64,000 nt of DNA from Lama glama (taxonomy: Eukaryota): NCBI GenBank assembly GCA_028534125.1, contig CM052816.1, positions 31,932,001 through 31,996,000 of the forward strand, written 5' to 3'. The translations under genes were made by a program, and so were the position numbers. The stretch's first letter is position 1. Each line of letters opens with the position of its first letter. Positions 1 to 13,300 of this stretch are shown piece after piece. The notes beneath the pieces were generated by a model. That model worked only from the letters and a program-made list of their open reading frames with translations. It searched no databases and was not told where the DNA came from.

Positions 1-1212
1 TTTAAAGCATTAGAAGCACAAAATCAAATGAAACAGTCTAATGAAAGAAAGAAAACAACGTTTGGTAGAAGGTGATTAATACTGGAAAAGTAACAGCAGG
101 GTAAATGAAGAAAAATACATTTAGTTCCATTCATACTTTATTTTAGTGCCTGGAGAACATCCAAATGATGATATCCAGAAGGCAACTGGATTCATAGGTC
201 CAGAGAAAAGCCTAAGCTAGAGATATAGATAAGAAACACCTGGAAGTTATCAATGCATAAATGGTTACTAAATCTACACACAGGTCCCTAGAGACTGTGC
301 AGAGACAGAAGAACAGACTAAAGCACAGACTACTGGATAACATATAACATTTAGGGTACAAGCACATACAGAAGGTCAGTAAGAGAACCCAGGAAGAAAT
401 GACCTCTCTAGAAACAAGAAAAATCATGAAAGATTAATGTCACAGAAATTAGTGACAAACAAGTTGGGATGGAATGAAGAGGAAAAATGAGAAAGAACAG
501 AATTACAAAAAGAAAGGTATGGACAATAGGACAATAGTACCAACTACTAGAGAAAGGTTAAATTTATCAAGGACAGCAGGCTGGCATTGATAACATGGAG
601 GAGACAATGCTGACCTTGGCAAGCATAGTTCCAGTGAAGTGAAAGATTGATGGGAATGGAAATGAGACTGCAGTAGGTTAAAGTGATAAATGAATGGATG
701 GTAAAAAGTAAACCTAGCTAGTACCAACTTTCAACAGTTGATATTCTCCAAAAAAGGATATAGAATGATTTTTAAAAGTAAAGATGGAATTAAGGGAAGG
801 CTTTGCCAAGAAAATTTTTAACTTGAAAAGAAACATTCATCTTTCCTACCTCAGAAATGTGGGAAAAGAGAAAACAGAATGAATTCATATTTTTCTCCTA
901 TAAACAGAATTATATAGAATAAAAGGAATTCTCATGTACCCAATACTCAGTATTTTCTCATATATACAAAAATATTCAAATATTGCCATGCTTAATACTG
1001 AGCCACACCTAGGTTCTTAGGTTGTTCAAATCGTCTATTGGAATAAACCCCAATGTGGTAGAGAATGTATGAGGGCCCTGTGAAAACTGAAAAACAAGCT
1101 GTATTCTCTCATACTAAGGGCTCAACATTAAAGATATAATCTTCATCCCATTGTATACCTATTCATATAACTGAATGAAACAAATCTATCACACTACTAA
1201 AAAGCAACTTAC

Positions 1213-1322
1213 CTCTGGCTCTAGTTTGAAAGTGAGCCACTCATCAAGTTTTAAAGCTGACAAATTAGCAGTAGTTCTATCTTCCATTTCACTATCACTA
1301 CCATCATTAGGAATACCATCTG
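1213..1322 (-). CDS. YTHDC2: YTHDC2 exon 24
   Basis: [37 protein letters not shown]; donor GAG|GTAAGT; 110 nt with the proximal acceptor. Confidence 0.94.
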
Positions 1323-4300
1323 CTGTTCAAACACATATTGAAAGAAAAAAGTCACTTTTACCATCTTATATCATAGCAAAAAAAGTAAGTAAATATACTT
1401 TATATTTACATAAATCCTCTTGATATACTAACAATTCGTGTGGACAGTTCTCCAAATACAACAGATCACATATTAAATCTCAATATATGGGCATTCTTTT
1501 TTTTAAATTGATGCATAGTTGATTTACAATGTTGCATTCATTTCTGGTATACAGCAAAGTGACTCAAGTATATATTTTTTTACAGATTATTACAAGATAT
1601 TGAATATAATAGTTTCCTTCGCTATACACTAGGACTCTGTTGTTTATCTATTTGCCATGCTTTATTTCTTTCTCAAATTCTAACTATTAAAATTTCTCAA
1701 ATTTTGTCAAGAACTCTCTTCTCTATCTATACATTCTCTTCAGAAAATTCATTCTCATGTCTTTAATATTATTTACAAGCTGATGACTTCCAAATTTGTA
1801 CTGCTAGTCCAAACTTCCCTGAGCTTCAGATATGTAAATCCACTGACTTCAAAAAAAAAAAAAAATCTTACTTAGGATGCCTTAGCCATCTCAGATTTAA
1901 CATGTCTAGAACAGGACTCTTGACTTCTTCCCTACACAACATACTCTTCCTAGTTTTCTGAATCTCAAATAAATGGCATCACTCAGCAACCTACCACAGC
2001 CAAAAACCTGAGAGTTAATGATACACTTTAGTACTTTTTAACTCATCTTATTACATGAAAAGGGAGCTACTACCACATAAATGTTTATAATTTCAAAATT
2101 TATTTTTAGCTTAAAAAAAAACTCTTTTTTTTCATTTCCTTCATAATATATTTACCTCGAAAAGATGAAGGTTCCTGAAGAGCATTACTTGCCAACCTAG
2201 CTGGTCCACAAAATACCAATACAGTGACAGGTGTCACTGCAGAACAACATCTAATATTAGCTATTCTATGAGCTCTGGTCATTTCATCATAAATAAGCCA
2301 ATCTGTGGGCAGTGCCTGAATTGCTGCAGCTTGACCATTGGCTGGAGGAATCTATTAGGAAAATAAGTCAAAAAAATTTTAACTGTATTTATCACATTAA
2401 TTTACTGGTAACACTTTTAAAATGTAAAAAGTCCCTCAGTGAAATAGATAATGTATATTGGCACCCAAACAAAAATTAAAGCAAATTATTGCTCGTGTAG
2501 TTTGTACAAAAGTCCTCATTACTTAACACATTACTTCTTCCAACTCTTAAGATTCAATCAAAATTTTGTTCCAATACTGAATTTTATATACATACATATA
2601 TATATATATTAGTATATATATATAAACTAATTTCTTAAAGCAGGTTGGTATTTGGAAAATTTTTCATTGATCTTCAGCTATCTAAATTAGATTAGTTTTA
2701 CCTCAAGGATTAAGAGCATTCAAAATGTTTTACCTTTTTATATTGAGGCTGACTGAGAACTGAGGTGGGATGAAACCGTACTTTTTTCTCTTTTGGTCCT
2801 GTCAATACAACATTCTCTCTGTCCACATGGACTAAATTAGGATACATGCCTGCAACCAATGCAGCTTTAACGACAGCCCAGTTCTCAGAATTTGTGTTAA
2901 CATCTCGAATGTCACCACCACCTCGTGCTCTAACAAAACCTAGAAAGAGAAAAAAACCACACCAACTTTTTCTATTGCACAAAATATACTTTTAAATTAA
3001 TGTGTTTTCTATAAAAAATTGTACAACCCATATAATGATATTCAAATTCTGTAATAATTCATAAAATCTTCTCTGAAAAATTTAAAATAGAGAATCAATG
3101 TTCTAAGAAAATTTAAGTTTGCTTAGGCCAAAGTAAGTAGAAGATTCATTGGGGACTTAGAGACTTTAAAAAATATATATATTCTTGCATTAAAATTCTT
3201 CATAAGCTGCTGTCAGAAACATACTAAAAATCACAGCTAAAAACCTAAATTATTCTGCTGAATGGTATAAATAACATTTTGGTTTCAAGAGACACTAATT
3301 CTGGAAGTGAAGTCAAGTAAATAAAGAGTATTCTTGCTTGAATTTCAAAAGTCCTTAATATTTCCTCACATCTGAGACAACTCTAAATTCCCTGGTTCAT
3401 TCCTTATATTACTTTGGCACTTCAGCCATCCCATGAATCCAGGCTCTGGTATTTTTCTTCTATTTCCTTAATGTACTATGTTATTCAAAAAGAAATTTAA
3501 AGAAGCAACCCTAAACTGAAATAGCAGCACTGGCATTCTCTTTAAAAAAAAAAAAATCAAGTGTCTTCAAGCTATTACTAGTTGTGTTATGTTCCAAAAA
3601 TATAAAGGCTAGCATTCATATCAATCTACTTAAATTTTTATAGTTTCTATTTCATAGAGCTAAACAATTATTTACTAATAGTGATAAAAATATAAAAAAT
3701 AATTACGATATCCAAATTAATTTTTGCCAACAAATACAAATTGCTCACTGTCAACAATATCAAAAAGTATTCATATATTTCTCATCTACAGCTTCTGCTA
3801 TTTTTTTTAATCAACAAACAAAAGTTGAGGTCATGTAAAAGTCTACAAAGCAGTTCATGAACATAAGATATACAATGTGATAATGTCATAAAAAATAATA
3901 TAAGATGGGATTAGTTAACACTAGAAATACTATGAGGTATGGGCAGGGTATTCTCAGTAGTTTAAATAGGTTCTCTGGAGGAAAACTTTACCTGACGCTC
4001 TAAGTTGACCAAGCAACTGAGTTCTCATGCCTATGATTATTTCCATTGTAGCTTGTGAAAGAAAATTCTTTTCACAAAAGGCTCGCTCCCACCCATCACT
4101 TCGAGCTTTCTGCCATGCCTATGAAAATATAATTACATGACAAGACACATTTACCAATCATCTGTTAGTTAGGCAGCAAAGTAACTAAAAATCACTATGT
4201 TAAGCACTCCCAATCAATTCTCCTTTTTCTAATTATTTTATCAAATCTGAGACTATAAAAAATAAACAAAAAAACAAATGCATAGACACAGGGAACACAC

Positions 4301-7300
4301 TGATGGCTGCAAGGGAAAGGGGATGAGGAGGGTGGGTGAAATGAGTGGAGTCAAAAGGTATAAACTTCCAGTTTTAAGATAAGTAAGACTTAGGGAATGT
4401 AATGTACAGCACAGTGACTATAGTTAATAACACTGTATTGTATATTGGAAAGTTGCTAAGAGAGTAAGTTTTTTAAATAACTTTATTGAGATATAATTGA
4501 CATTTAGTATTAGTTTCAGGTGCACAACATGATTTAGTATTTGTATATATTGTGAAATGATCACAATAAGTCTAGTTAAGACTAGAGAGTAGATCTTAAA
4601 AGTTCTCAACACAAGAAAAAAAATTTTAACTATGTACAGTGATGGATGTTAACTAAACTTAATGTGATTATTTTGCAATATATGTAAATATTGTCATTAT
4701 GTTATATGCCTGAAACTAATATGTTATATTAAAATCTAATTTCTTTAAATAAATAACTTTAAAGTAAAATCTATGACTTTATGATCAAATAAAATTTATC
4801 ATTAGTTAATTTATACCAAATGATATGAAAGTCATTGAGTTTATAAACTCCCAATGAGAACTAAGTATCAGGAAAACTAAATAACTACGAAAAAATATTT
4901 ACCTTTACAGGTATGCCTATTAATTTTCCTCCACTAAAGTAGGGGAGATTTTTCAACTAAGCCATCTTAATACCATTTATATCTAAGAATCCTGCCACTC
5001 CAGGCCTCCAAAAATAACCTTTATATCAACCACCTAATCTGTCTTAGAATGGAAAGTGGGATTCCTAGAAATCATCTACACGTACTATAAGAAAGCTCCT
5101 CTTTCAAAATGAGTTCTCTTGCTTTGGAATACAAATGAAAGACAAAGGCAGTAATTTACCCTCTCTGCTTTTAAAGGAGCTAGGGAAAAAATAAAGATAA
5201 GAATTCGACTTCAAATCTCTCCCTAATTATTATCACTCAACTGATTTACTCTTTAGTATCTAATAGACCCAATTAATAGCAATGCATGAACCACTGTTTA
5301 ATAATGCCCACAAGAGAGATTACAATTATTTTTTAAAATTATATATGTTGGAAAAATCCTGTATGCTTAGAAAAGAGTACTTCCTGCATTAACAATTTTT
5401 TAAAATGCAGAGGCACAGCCTACACAAGAGAATTTAAGGATAAATAACATGTCTACCTTTTCAAGAAATAACATATTCTTCCCCACATAAGTGAATTCCC
5501 AAATTACATATCATTTCCCTTACTCAGGCTCACTTTCCTTATCTTTTCTTCCCTATTTACCACTTTCATCAAATTCTATTATTAGCTTAAAATTTTTAAC
5601 TGGTTTTTGGATTTTGCTTTATAAAACTAAATCCTTAACATAAAGTCTTGAGTACATACAAAAAAGATGTACTCTAAAAATCAAAAAATAGATATTAAAT
5701 TGAAGATAATTTTCTTCCAGGTTTTGTTCTATATACTTTGAATAGTACACAATGTTTCTTAACTAAAATTTTAGAGCACTCCTTGATCAAGACATAATTA
5801 AAGATAAGGAATTTGGGCTTATACAGTATAAATGTAAGTATAAATAAAAATATATACATATATACACATACATATTTCTACAATAAGAAAATTGAGAAAA
5901 CAAAAAAAAGTAGTGAAAAATATGATAATTTTAACATATTAACAGTAGGAAGATATTTTTCTGGGCTATTAATAAAAATGTGACTTTATAATGAAACAAA
6001 AATTAATGGAATCATACCTATTTTTAAATTTGTTACACTTACCCCAGAAATGTGTTTAACCAAAAACAGTTCAAAAATAAAAAGACATATAATAGTACCT
6101 GGAATGCTCTGAGAAGTGCCATATGGTCACTGAAAGTTCCTGCAGTGAAACGTTTCCTACAAAGCATAGCTGCACGTTTTTGAGAGGCCTGCGTTGGCAG
6201 GACAAAAGGATCTCGATAGGCTAGTGTGCAGGCAATTGTAAGGATGGGATCCAGACACTTTAAAACAACAGCACACAGGACCATTTTACCAAGATGTGGT
6301 TCTACGGGCAAGTCAGCCAAATGATATCCAAGTTCAGTGAGATCTTCCCATGCATCCATTGCATCTATTGTCTAAATAAAAGTATATGAAATAGAATTTG
6401 ACATGACCAAAACTGTGTAATCAAACCACATACTTGAAAACCCATAAGTAAGATATAAGAACGTAAATTTTCTTTTGCTACCACACCTCATAAAAATATA
6501 TTTTGTTTCAAATATATTATGTAAAAATGAATCAAACCTACAGTTTTACTCTAATTACCATGAGAATACTATTCAAAATACATGATCATTAAGATAATTT
6601 TTTAAGCACAAAATTAATTAAGACAAATTCTCAATTGTTCCAAATTTCAAGTAAAACAGTCAGATAAAATGAAACTATTAAGACACCAACCTTAAGCATT
6701 TGTACAGCATTTCTTACAATTAAAGCTGGTGGAGGTTCAGGAGCTTTCATAAGGAAATCAGCAATAGGACAATTAACTGGGGCTAACAGCTTGGTATGTA
6801 AACAAAGTTCCTGTAAATAAAAACAGGAAATAAATTTGAAATATTGACATTTATAATTAATTTTTATTAAAAAAAAATCATAGGACCTATAGTTACCCAA
6901 CACAGACTAGTGGAGTCTTTAATTAAAATGAACAGTCGAGGGAACAATTTCATTCTATGAAAGATCTTTCTATGAAAGATGGGCTTATACTTTAGTGCGA
7001 GAACCTTAATAAACATCCTCCATCAACTCTGTTCAAGATTACCACTGCTACTGCTGGCAATGTCTCCTCAAACAGTTATTACATATAACAATCACAGTCA
7101 ATGTCAAAAAATCTTTGTTTTCCTTTATATTACATTCTAGGATCTTTTATCCATTCAACAAGTATTTACGTGCTTGCCAGATGCTAGGCATTTTGCAGCA
7201 AGTTAGAGAAAAAGAAGATAGGTAGACACTGTCCCCATAGATTTTCATTGTGTATGAAAAACAGAATAATTATATAATTAACCAATTACAACTGTGATAA

Positions 7301-10300
7301 ACACTACAAAGGATACAGGTAACTAAAGACATGAAACCAAAGATTTAATCAAGTTCAAGAAAGAGTAGGAGGTGGTGGCCACTGGAAGAGAAAGACAATT
7401 TCCCTGAGGCAATGACACTTAAGATGTAAAGATTAAGTAGGAGTTAATCATAAAAGGATTAAGAGGAAGGATTCTACAGAGGGGATAGCACATAAAAAGT
7501 TCCTAAGATAGAAAGAAACAAGATATGCTTGAGAAATGAGACTATTGGTATAAGTAGACAGAGGAGGAAAGGCAAGGATTAAAAAATTAAAATGAGACAC
7601 AAGTATGAGAGATAATTTAGGCCCTTAAATTCTGTTAAGAATTTTGCATTTTATCCTAGGAAGAATAGAAAATGGTTCATAAGCATGGGGAAGCGGGAAG
7701 TCACCCAGGTAAATGGGTGCCAAAAATATGATCCAGTGTCTCTTTAAAGGTTTGGAAGGCAGCATCTAGCTCAACACACCAAAGAATCAAATTAATGCAT
7801 TTCTGATAGTTGTCCCAATGAAACTACATAGTGTATGGCTGTTCCATGAAGTCAGAAAATCTAAAGGAAAACAATTCATAAAGGTCAGGTAATCTCACTG
7901 AACTCAGTTCCAAAACTACCCAGGTAAGCTCAGCATCTTAAACTGAGATTTTGGTATTATCTTTTGGACCTTAGATGATTTCTCTTCTACTTCTCATTAA
8001 GAATTTAAAAGGTGAGCACTCATGTGGTTGACAGATTCCTAGAATATTGCATCAAAAAAATATATTTATAAACTGTACCATAATTTAAATGACCCAAGTG
8101 ATTCTTTAACACTTTGGAGATTAATTAAATTTTCTTATACAGGAAAAATATTAGTTATATATAACCACTCTCCATAATATACACTTTATAATTTTGTTTT
8201 ATAAATTGATTTTTCAAAAATCCAATCGACACAAGTTGAAATAGCCCCTCTTTGCCTTCATCCACAAAAATAGCCTTTTGAGGTTAAGTAAATTTCCACC
8301 TGTAATGGCATTCTCAAAAGTTCGGGAGTCTGGAATTCCAACATATTCTGGAATCGAAGTCTACTGAACAGCCGAAAACAAATTCCAGGTCTGCATCGCC
8401 CAGCCCTTAAAAAAGTAAAATACAAAATTAAGGCTCAAAATGGCTCAAACAGGGAATAAAGAATATAATCAGGAAACTGTAAAAGCAATGTGATTTAGGA
8501 GACAGAACAATGAACCAGTATCAAAACATCTGAGTTTGAATCCCTACTCTGATACTGACCCCCTAACCTTTGAAAAGGTACTTCACATGGCTGGGACTCA
8601 ATTATCTCATTTATAAAATGAGACTGAATGACATATACCTGACATACTTCTAAGACAATGGTAAAATTTTTTAAAATATATATACAAATAAAAGCTAGTA
8701 AAAAACAAAATGAATAAATATATGGTAATTTAAATTTAATCAGTTTTACTGAGCTGATACTAAGCACTATGTTCAGGCCCAGTGATTAGAGTTGTGCCAT
8801 TTATGCATTACACAACTCTAAGGGAGTGTCAATTACCCTATCATCACAGAGACTTGCATAATCTTCTGAGAAACAGCGGAAATACATCATGAGGAAGAGC
8901 AGTTACTTTTAATTTCACTCATAGTCTGTACAGCAGCTAATGCAAGGATAATATGCCAAGTGATAGAAATGCAGAAATATCCCTATCCTCACAAAGCTCA
9001 CAATCCAGAGAGACAAATGTAACACAAGTTTGATACAAGTTAGAAAATCTGACATTACTATACCATTCCTTCCTTCATCAAATATCTCCCTCACTATACA
9101 CCTATCAGCCTTCTCACTATCCAGGCTCCTCTAAGAGATTTCTATCCTTCCCCAATCCTTAAACGTTGATGTCCCTCTGCTCTACTTATTCTACCCTCTC
9201 TTCCAAGTGACATTAATAACCCTCCTAACTTCAAATTCTATCCACGTAGGTCTCCTTATCCTAATTCTAGATCTATACTTTACAAGCCTCTTAGGTCCAC
9301 TTGGTTTTTTCACAGTCAATTCAAACTCAACACAATCACAAATTAATTCTCCCCAACATAACGACTCTTCATATTTTCCCTGACAGTGGCACCACCATCC
9401 ACAAAATCTTCTTAGACAGAAGCCTGTATGACATCCTTCACTCCACTCTATTCCTTAGCCCCCAGCCCCGGACAAACAATCACCAATATTACTCTCCTTA
9501 ATAGCTCTTGAATTAATTATTTACAGGCATACCTCAGACATACTTCAGGTTCGGTTCCAGATCATGACAACAAAGTGAACAATGCAATAAAGCAAGTCAC
9601 AAGAATGTTCTGGTTTCCTAGTACATTTAAAAGTTATGCTTATGTTATACTGTAGTTCATTTAGTGTGCAATAGTATCATGTCTAAATAAACAATGTACA
9701 TACTTTGATTTAAAAATATTTTGTGCCTTTTTTTGTACTTCACATATAAGTGACATCATTTATGTTTGCACTTAGTACGATAATCTCTAGGTCCATCCAT
9801 GTTGCTGAAAATGGTATTACTTCATTCCTTTTTATGACTGAGTAGTATTCCATTGTGTATATATACCACAACTCCTTATTCCAATCATCAAGTATACTTC
9901 AATAAAAAAAAATACTTTATATCTAAAAAATGCCAGCCATCCTCTGAGCCTTCAGCACATCATATTCTCTTTGCTGGCAGAAGGTCTTGTCTCAATGTTG
10001 ATGGCTGCTGACTAATCAAGGTGGTTGCTGATGAAGGCTGTAGCAATTTCTTAAAATAATACAACCATTAAGTTTACCACATCAGTGGATTCTTGCTTTC
10101 ACAAATGATTTCTCTGAAGCATGTAATGCTGTCTGACAGCATGTTACCCATAGAATTTCTTTCAAAATTGGAGTCAATCCTCCAAACCCTGCTGCTGCTT
10201 TATGACTAAGTTTAGGTAATGTACTACTTTGTTATCATTTCAACAATCTTCACAGCACCTTTACCAGAATTAGATTTTATCTCAAGAACCTAGTTTCTTT

Positions 10301-13300
10301 GCCAATTGATAAGAAGCAGCTCCTCATCCATCAAAGTTTTATCATGAGATTACAGCAAATGAGTCACATCTTCAGACTCTACTTCTAGTTCTGCTATTTC
10401 CACCACATCTGCAGTTACTTCCTCCCCTCAAAGTTCTCCATGAAGGTTGGAATCAACTTCTTCCAAACTCCTGTTAATGTTGGTATTTTGACCTCTTCCC
10501 ATGAATCACAAATGTTCCTAATGGCATCTAGAGTGGTGAATCCTTTCTAGAAAATTTCCAATTTACTTTGCTCAGATCCATCACAGGAATCACTATCTAG
10601 AGCACATACAGCCTTATAGAATGTACATCTTAAGGATTAAGACTTGAAAGCTGAAGTTACTCCTTGATCTGTGGGCTGAAGAATGGGTGTTGTTAGCAGG
10701 CATGAAAACAACATTAATCTCGTACAACCCCATTAGAGCTTTTGGTGACTTAGGAGCATTGTCAATGAGCAGTAATATTCTGAAAGGAATCAATTTTTCT
10801 GAGCAGCAGGTCTCAACAACAAGCTTAAAATAGTCAGTAAACTACATTGTAAAGAGATGTGCTGTCATCCTGGCTTTGTTGTTTCATTTATAAAGCACAG
10901 GCAGAGTAGATTTAATGTAATTCATAAGGGTGCCAGGACTTTCAAAATGGTCACTGAGCACTGACTTCAACTTCAAGTCACCTCCTGCATTAGCCTCTAA
11001 CAAGAGAGTCAGCTTGTTCTTTAAAGTGCTGAATTCAGGCATTGATTTTTCCTCTGTAGCCCTGAAAGTCCTAAATGACATCTTCTTCCAAGAGAAGGTT
11101 GTTCTCCAAGGCAAATCTGTTTAGTGTAGCCACCTTCATTAATGATCTTAGCTAGATCTTCTGGATAACATGCCCCATCTTCTACATCAGCACTTGCTTC
11201 TCCACCTCTACTTTTATGTTACGAAGACAGCTTCTTTCCTTAAACCTCTGCTAGCTTCAAAGTCTTCTTCTGCAGCTTCCTCACCTCTGTCAGCCTTCTA
11301 GAATTGTAAAGAGTTAGGACCTTGCTTTGGACTAGGCTTTGGCATAAGGGAATCTTGTGGCTGGTTGATCTATCCAGATCACTAAAACTTTCTCCATATC
11401 AGCAGTAAGACTGGTTCAATTTTTTATCATTCATGTGTTCAATGGAGTAGAATTTTCATTTCCTTCAAGAACTTTTCCTTTACATTTACAACTTGGCTAA
11501 CTGGCACTAAGAGGCCTAGCTTTCAGCTTATCTTTTCTTTCAACATGCCCTCCTCACTAAGCTTAATCATTTCTAGCTTTTGATTTAAAGTAAGAGAAGT
11601 GCAACTCTTCCTTCCACTTGAACACTAAGAGGCAATCATAGGGTTGTTAACTGGTCTTTCAATATTGCTGTGTCTCATGGAACATGGAGGCCCAAGGAGG
11701 ACAGAGATGGGGAATGGCTGATCAGTGGAGCAGTCAGAACACACACAACATTTATGGATCTTGTGTCTCCTTACATGGGCACAGTTTGTGGTACCCCAAA
11801 ACAATTACAATAACAACATCAAAGGCCACTGATCAGAGATTACCATAACAAATAAAATAATAGTGATAATAGTAATAGTAATAATAATAATAGTAGTTTG
11901 AAATATTGTAAGAATTACCAAAATGTGACATAGAGACAAAAAATGAGCAAATGCTTTGGAAAAAATGGCACTGATAGCTTTGTTCAACATGGGGTCCACA
12001 GGACTGCCACAAATCTTCAACTTGTAAAAAACTCAGTATGTACAAAGTGCAAAAAGGGGAACCACTTCTCTTTATTTCTACCACTACTATTATAAAACTG
12101 GTTACTCTAATCTCTCCCTTATTGTAAATGATAGTATCAATGAAAGAGACTCCTACTGGGGTCCTCCTACCATCATTTTTGTCTCGACCAATTCAGTGCT
12201 CAAAGATCTGAAAGAATACTATAATCATGCTACCCCCTGGTTTTTTAAGAAGAAAAAAAGAAAGAGATAAGACACAAAATGGTCCTTAAGGACCAGTCTT
12301 AAACTTACATCTTTATATTCATTTTTTTTTTATTATTCTCCTCTAAACTTCATCTAAACAACTTTGTCACTCTTGCCTTTCTTTAGGCCATTGTGAATGT
12401 TTCCCCTCTACCAGAAATGCTTTCCCACAATACCTATTTATTCCTATTTGTCTCAGATTCTATCTTAACTCCTCTAGAAGTATTATCCAGTTATAGTGCA
12501 CATCACACAGTATTAAAATTGTTTAACTTATTGGACTCCAAGAAGGACTGCAACATTCTCCCCATGTCAAACGTCACCCATCAGACTATAGTCTATTCAT
12601 CATTGCAGCCCTAACACTTGCACAGTGAAGGCTGCCAAAAAATATCTGTTAAAGAAGATGATAGTGAAAATTCCTACAATTTCTGATTTTTATCTCTGAT
12701 AATATACTATTAACATGGTGTAAGTCCAGCTACACTTGTCATAGGAGGACAACTGACATAATAATAAGAACAAAACCCTTAAGGACATTCTATGATATTA
12801 CAAAGTACAGAAATAAATGTATTCACTGTCTTCAGTATGAGACATTCTTTTAAAGTCAGTATTTGATGCTTTTTTGTTAGTTTAAATGCAAGAAAAATTA
12901 GTCAAATAATTACTGAAAAATATACTTTTAAATCTTGCCTTTTTAAAACTGAAGAAGTAATGCAAGCATGTACTAAAGTAAATAACCAAACTACAAAAAA
13001 AAAATTAAGTCTCCTTCCTCCAGAGCCCCACAAATCCTCCTCCCTCAGAGTCAACAGCCTTTGTTTTTTAATGTTCCTCTCAGACTTGACAATGTATTTG
13101 TCTAAATATATATACAAACATATACATATATTTTTAGCACAAGAAAATACTAGACACATGTTTTACATGTTACTTTTTTCAATTAATATATATCCTGAAA
13201 ACTCATTCCACCTAAAACACATACATATACTTCCTTCAAACAGTTACTTAGCATGACACTGTGTGGCAATAACATAATTTGCTCAACCACTTCACTATTG

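Noticed and set aside
1..1212. Further YTHDC2 exons or the YTH domain
   Set aside because: No matching coding sequence seen; the region is intronic and L2-like, and exon 25 onward lies outside the window
11833..12084. Poly-Tyr and poly-Ile ORFs
   Set aside because: Translation of a (TAA/TAG)n microsatellite inside Tigger1
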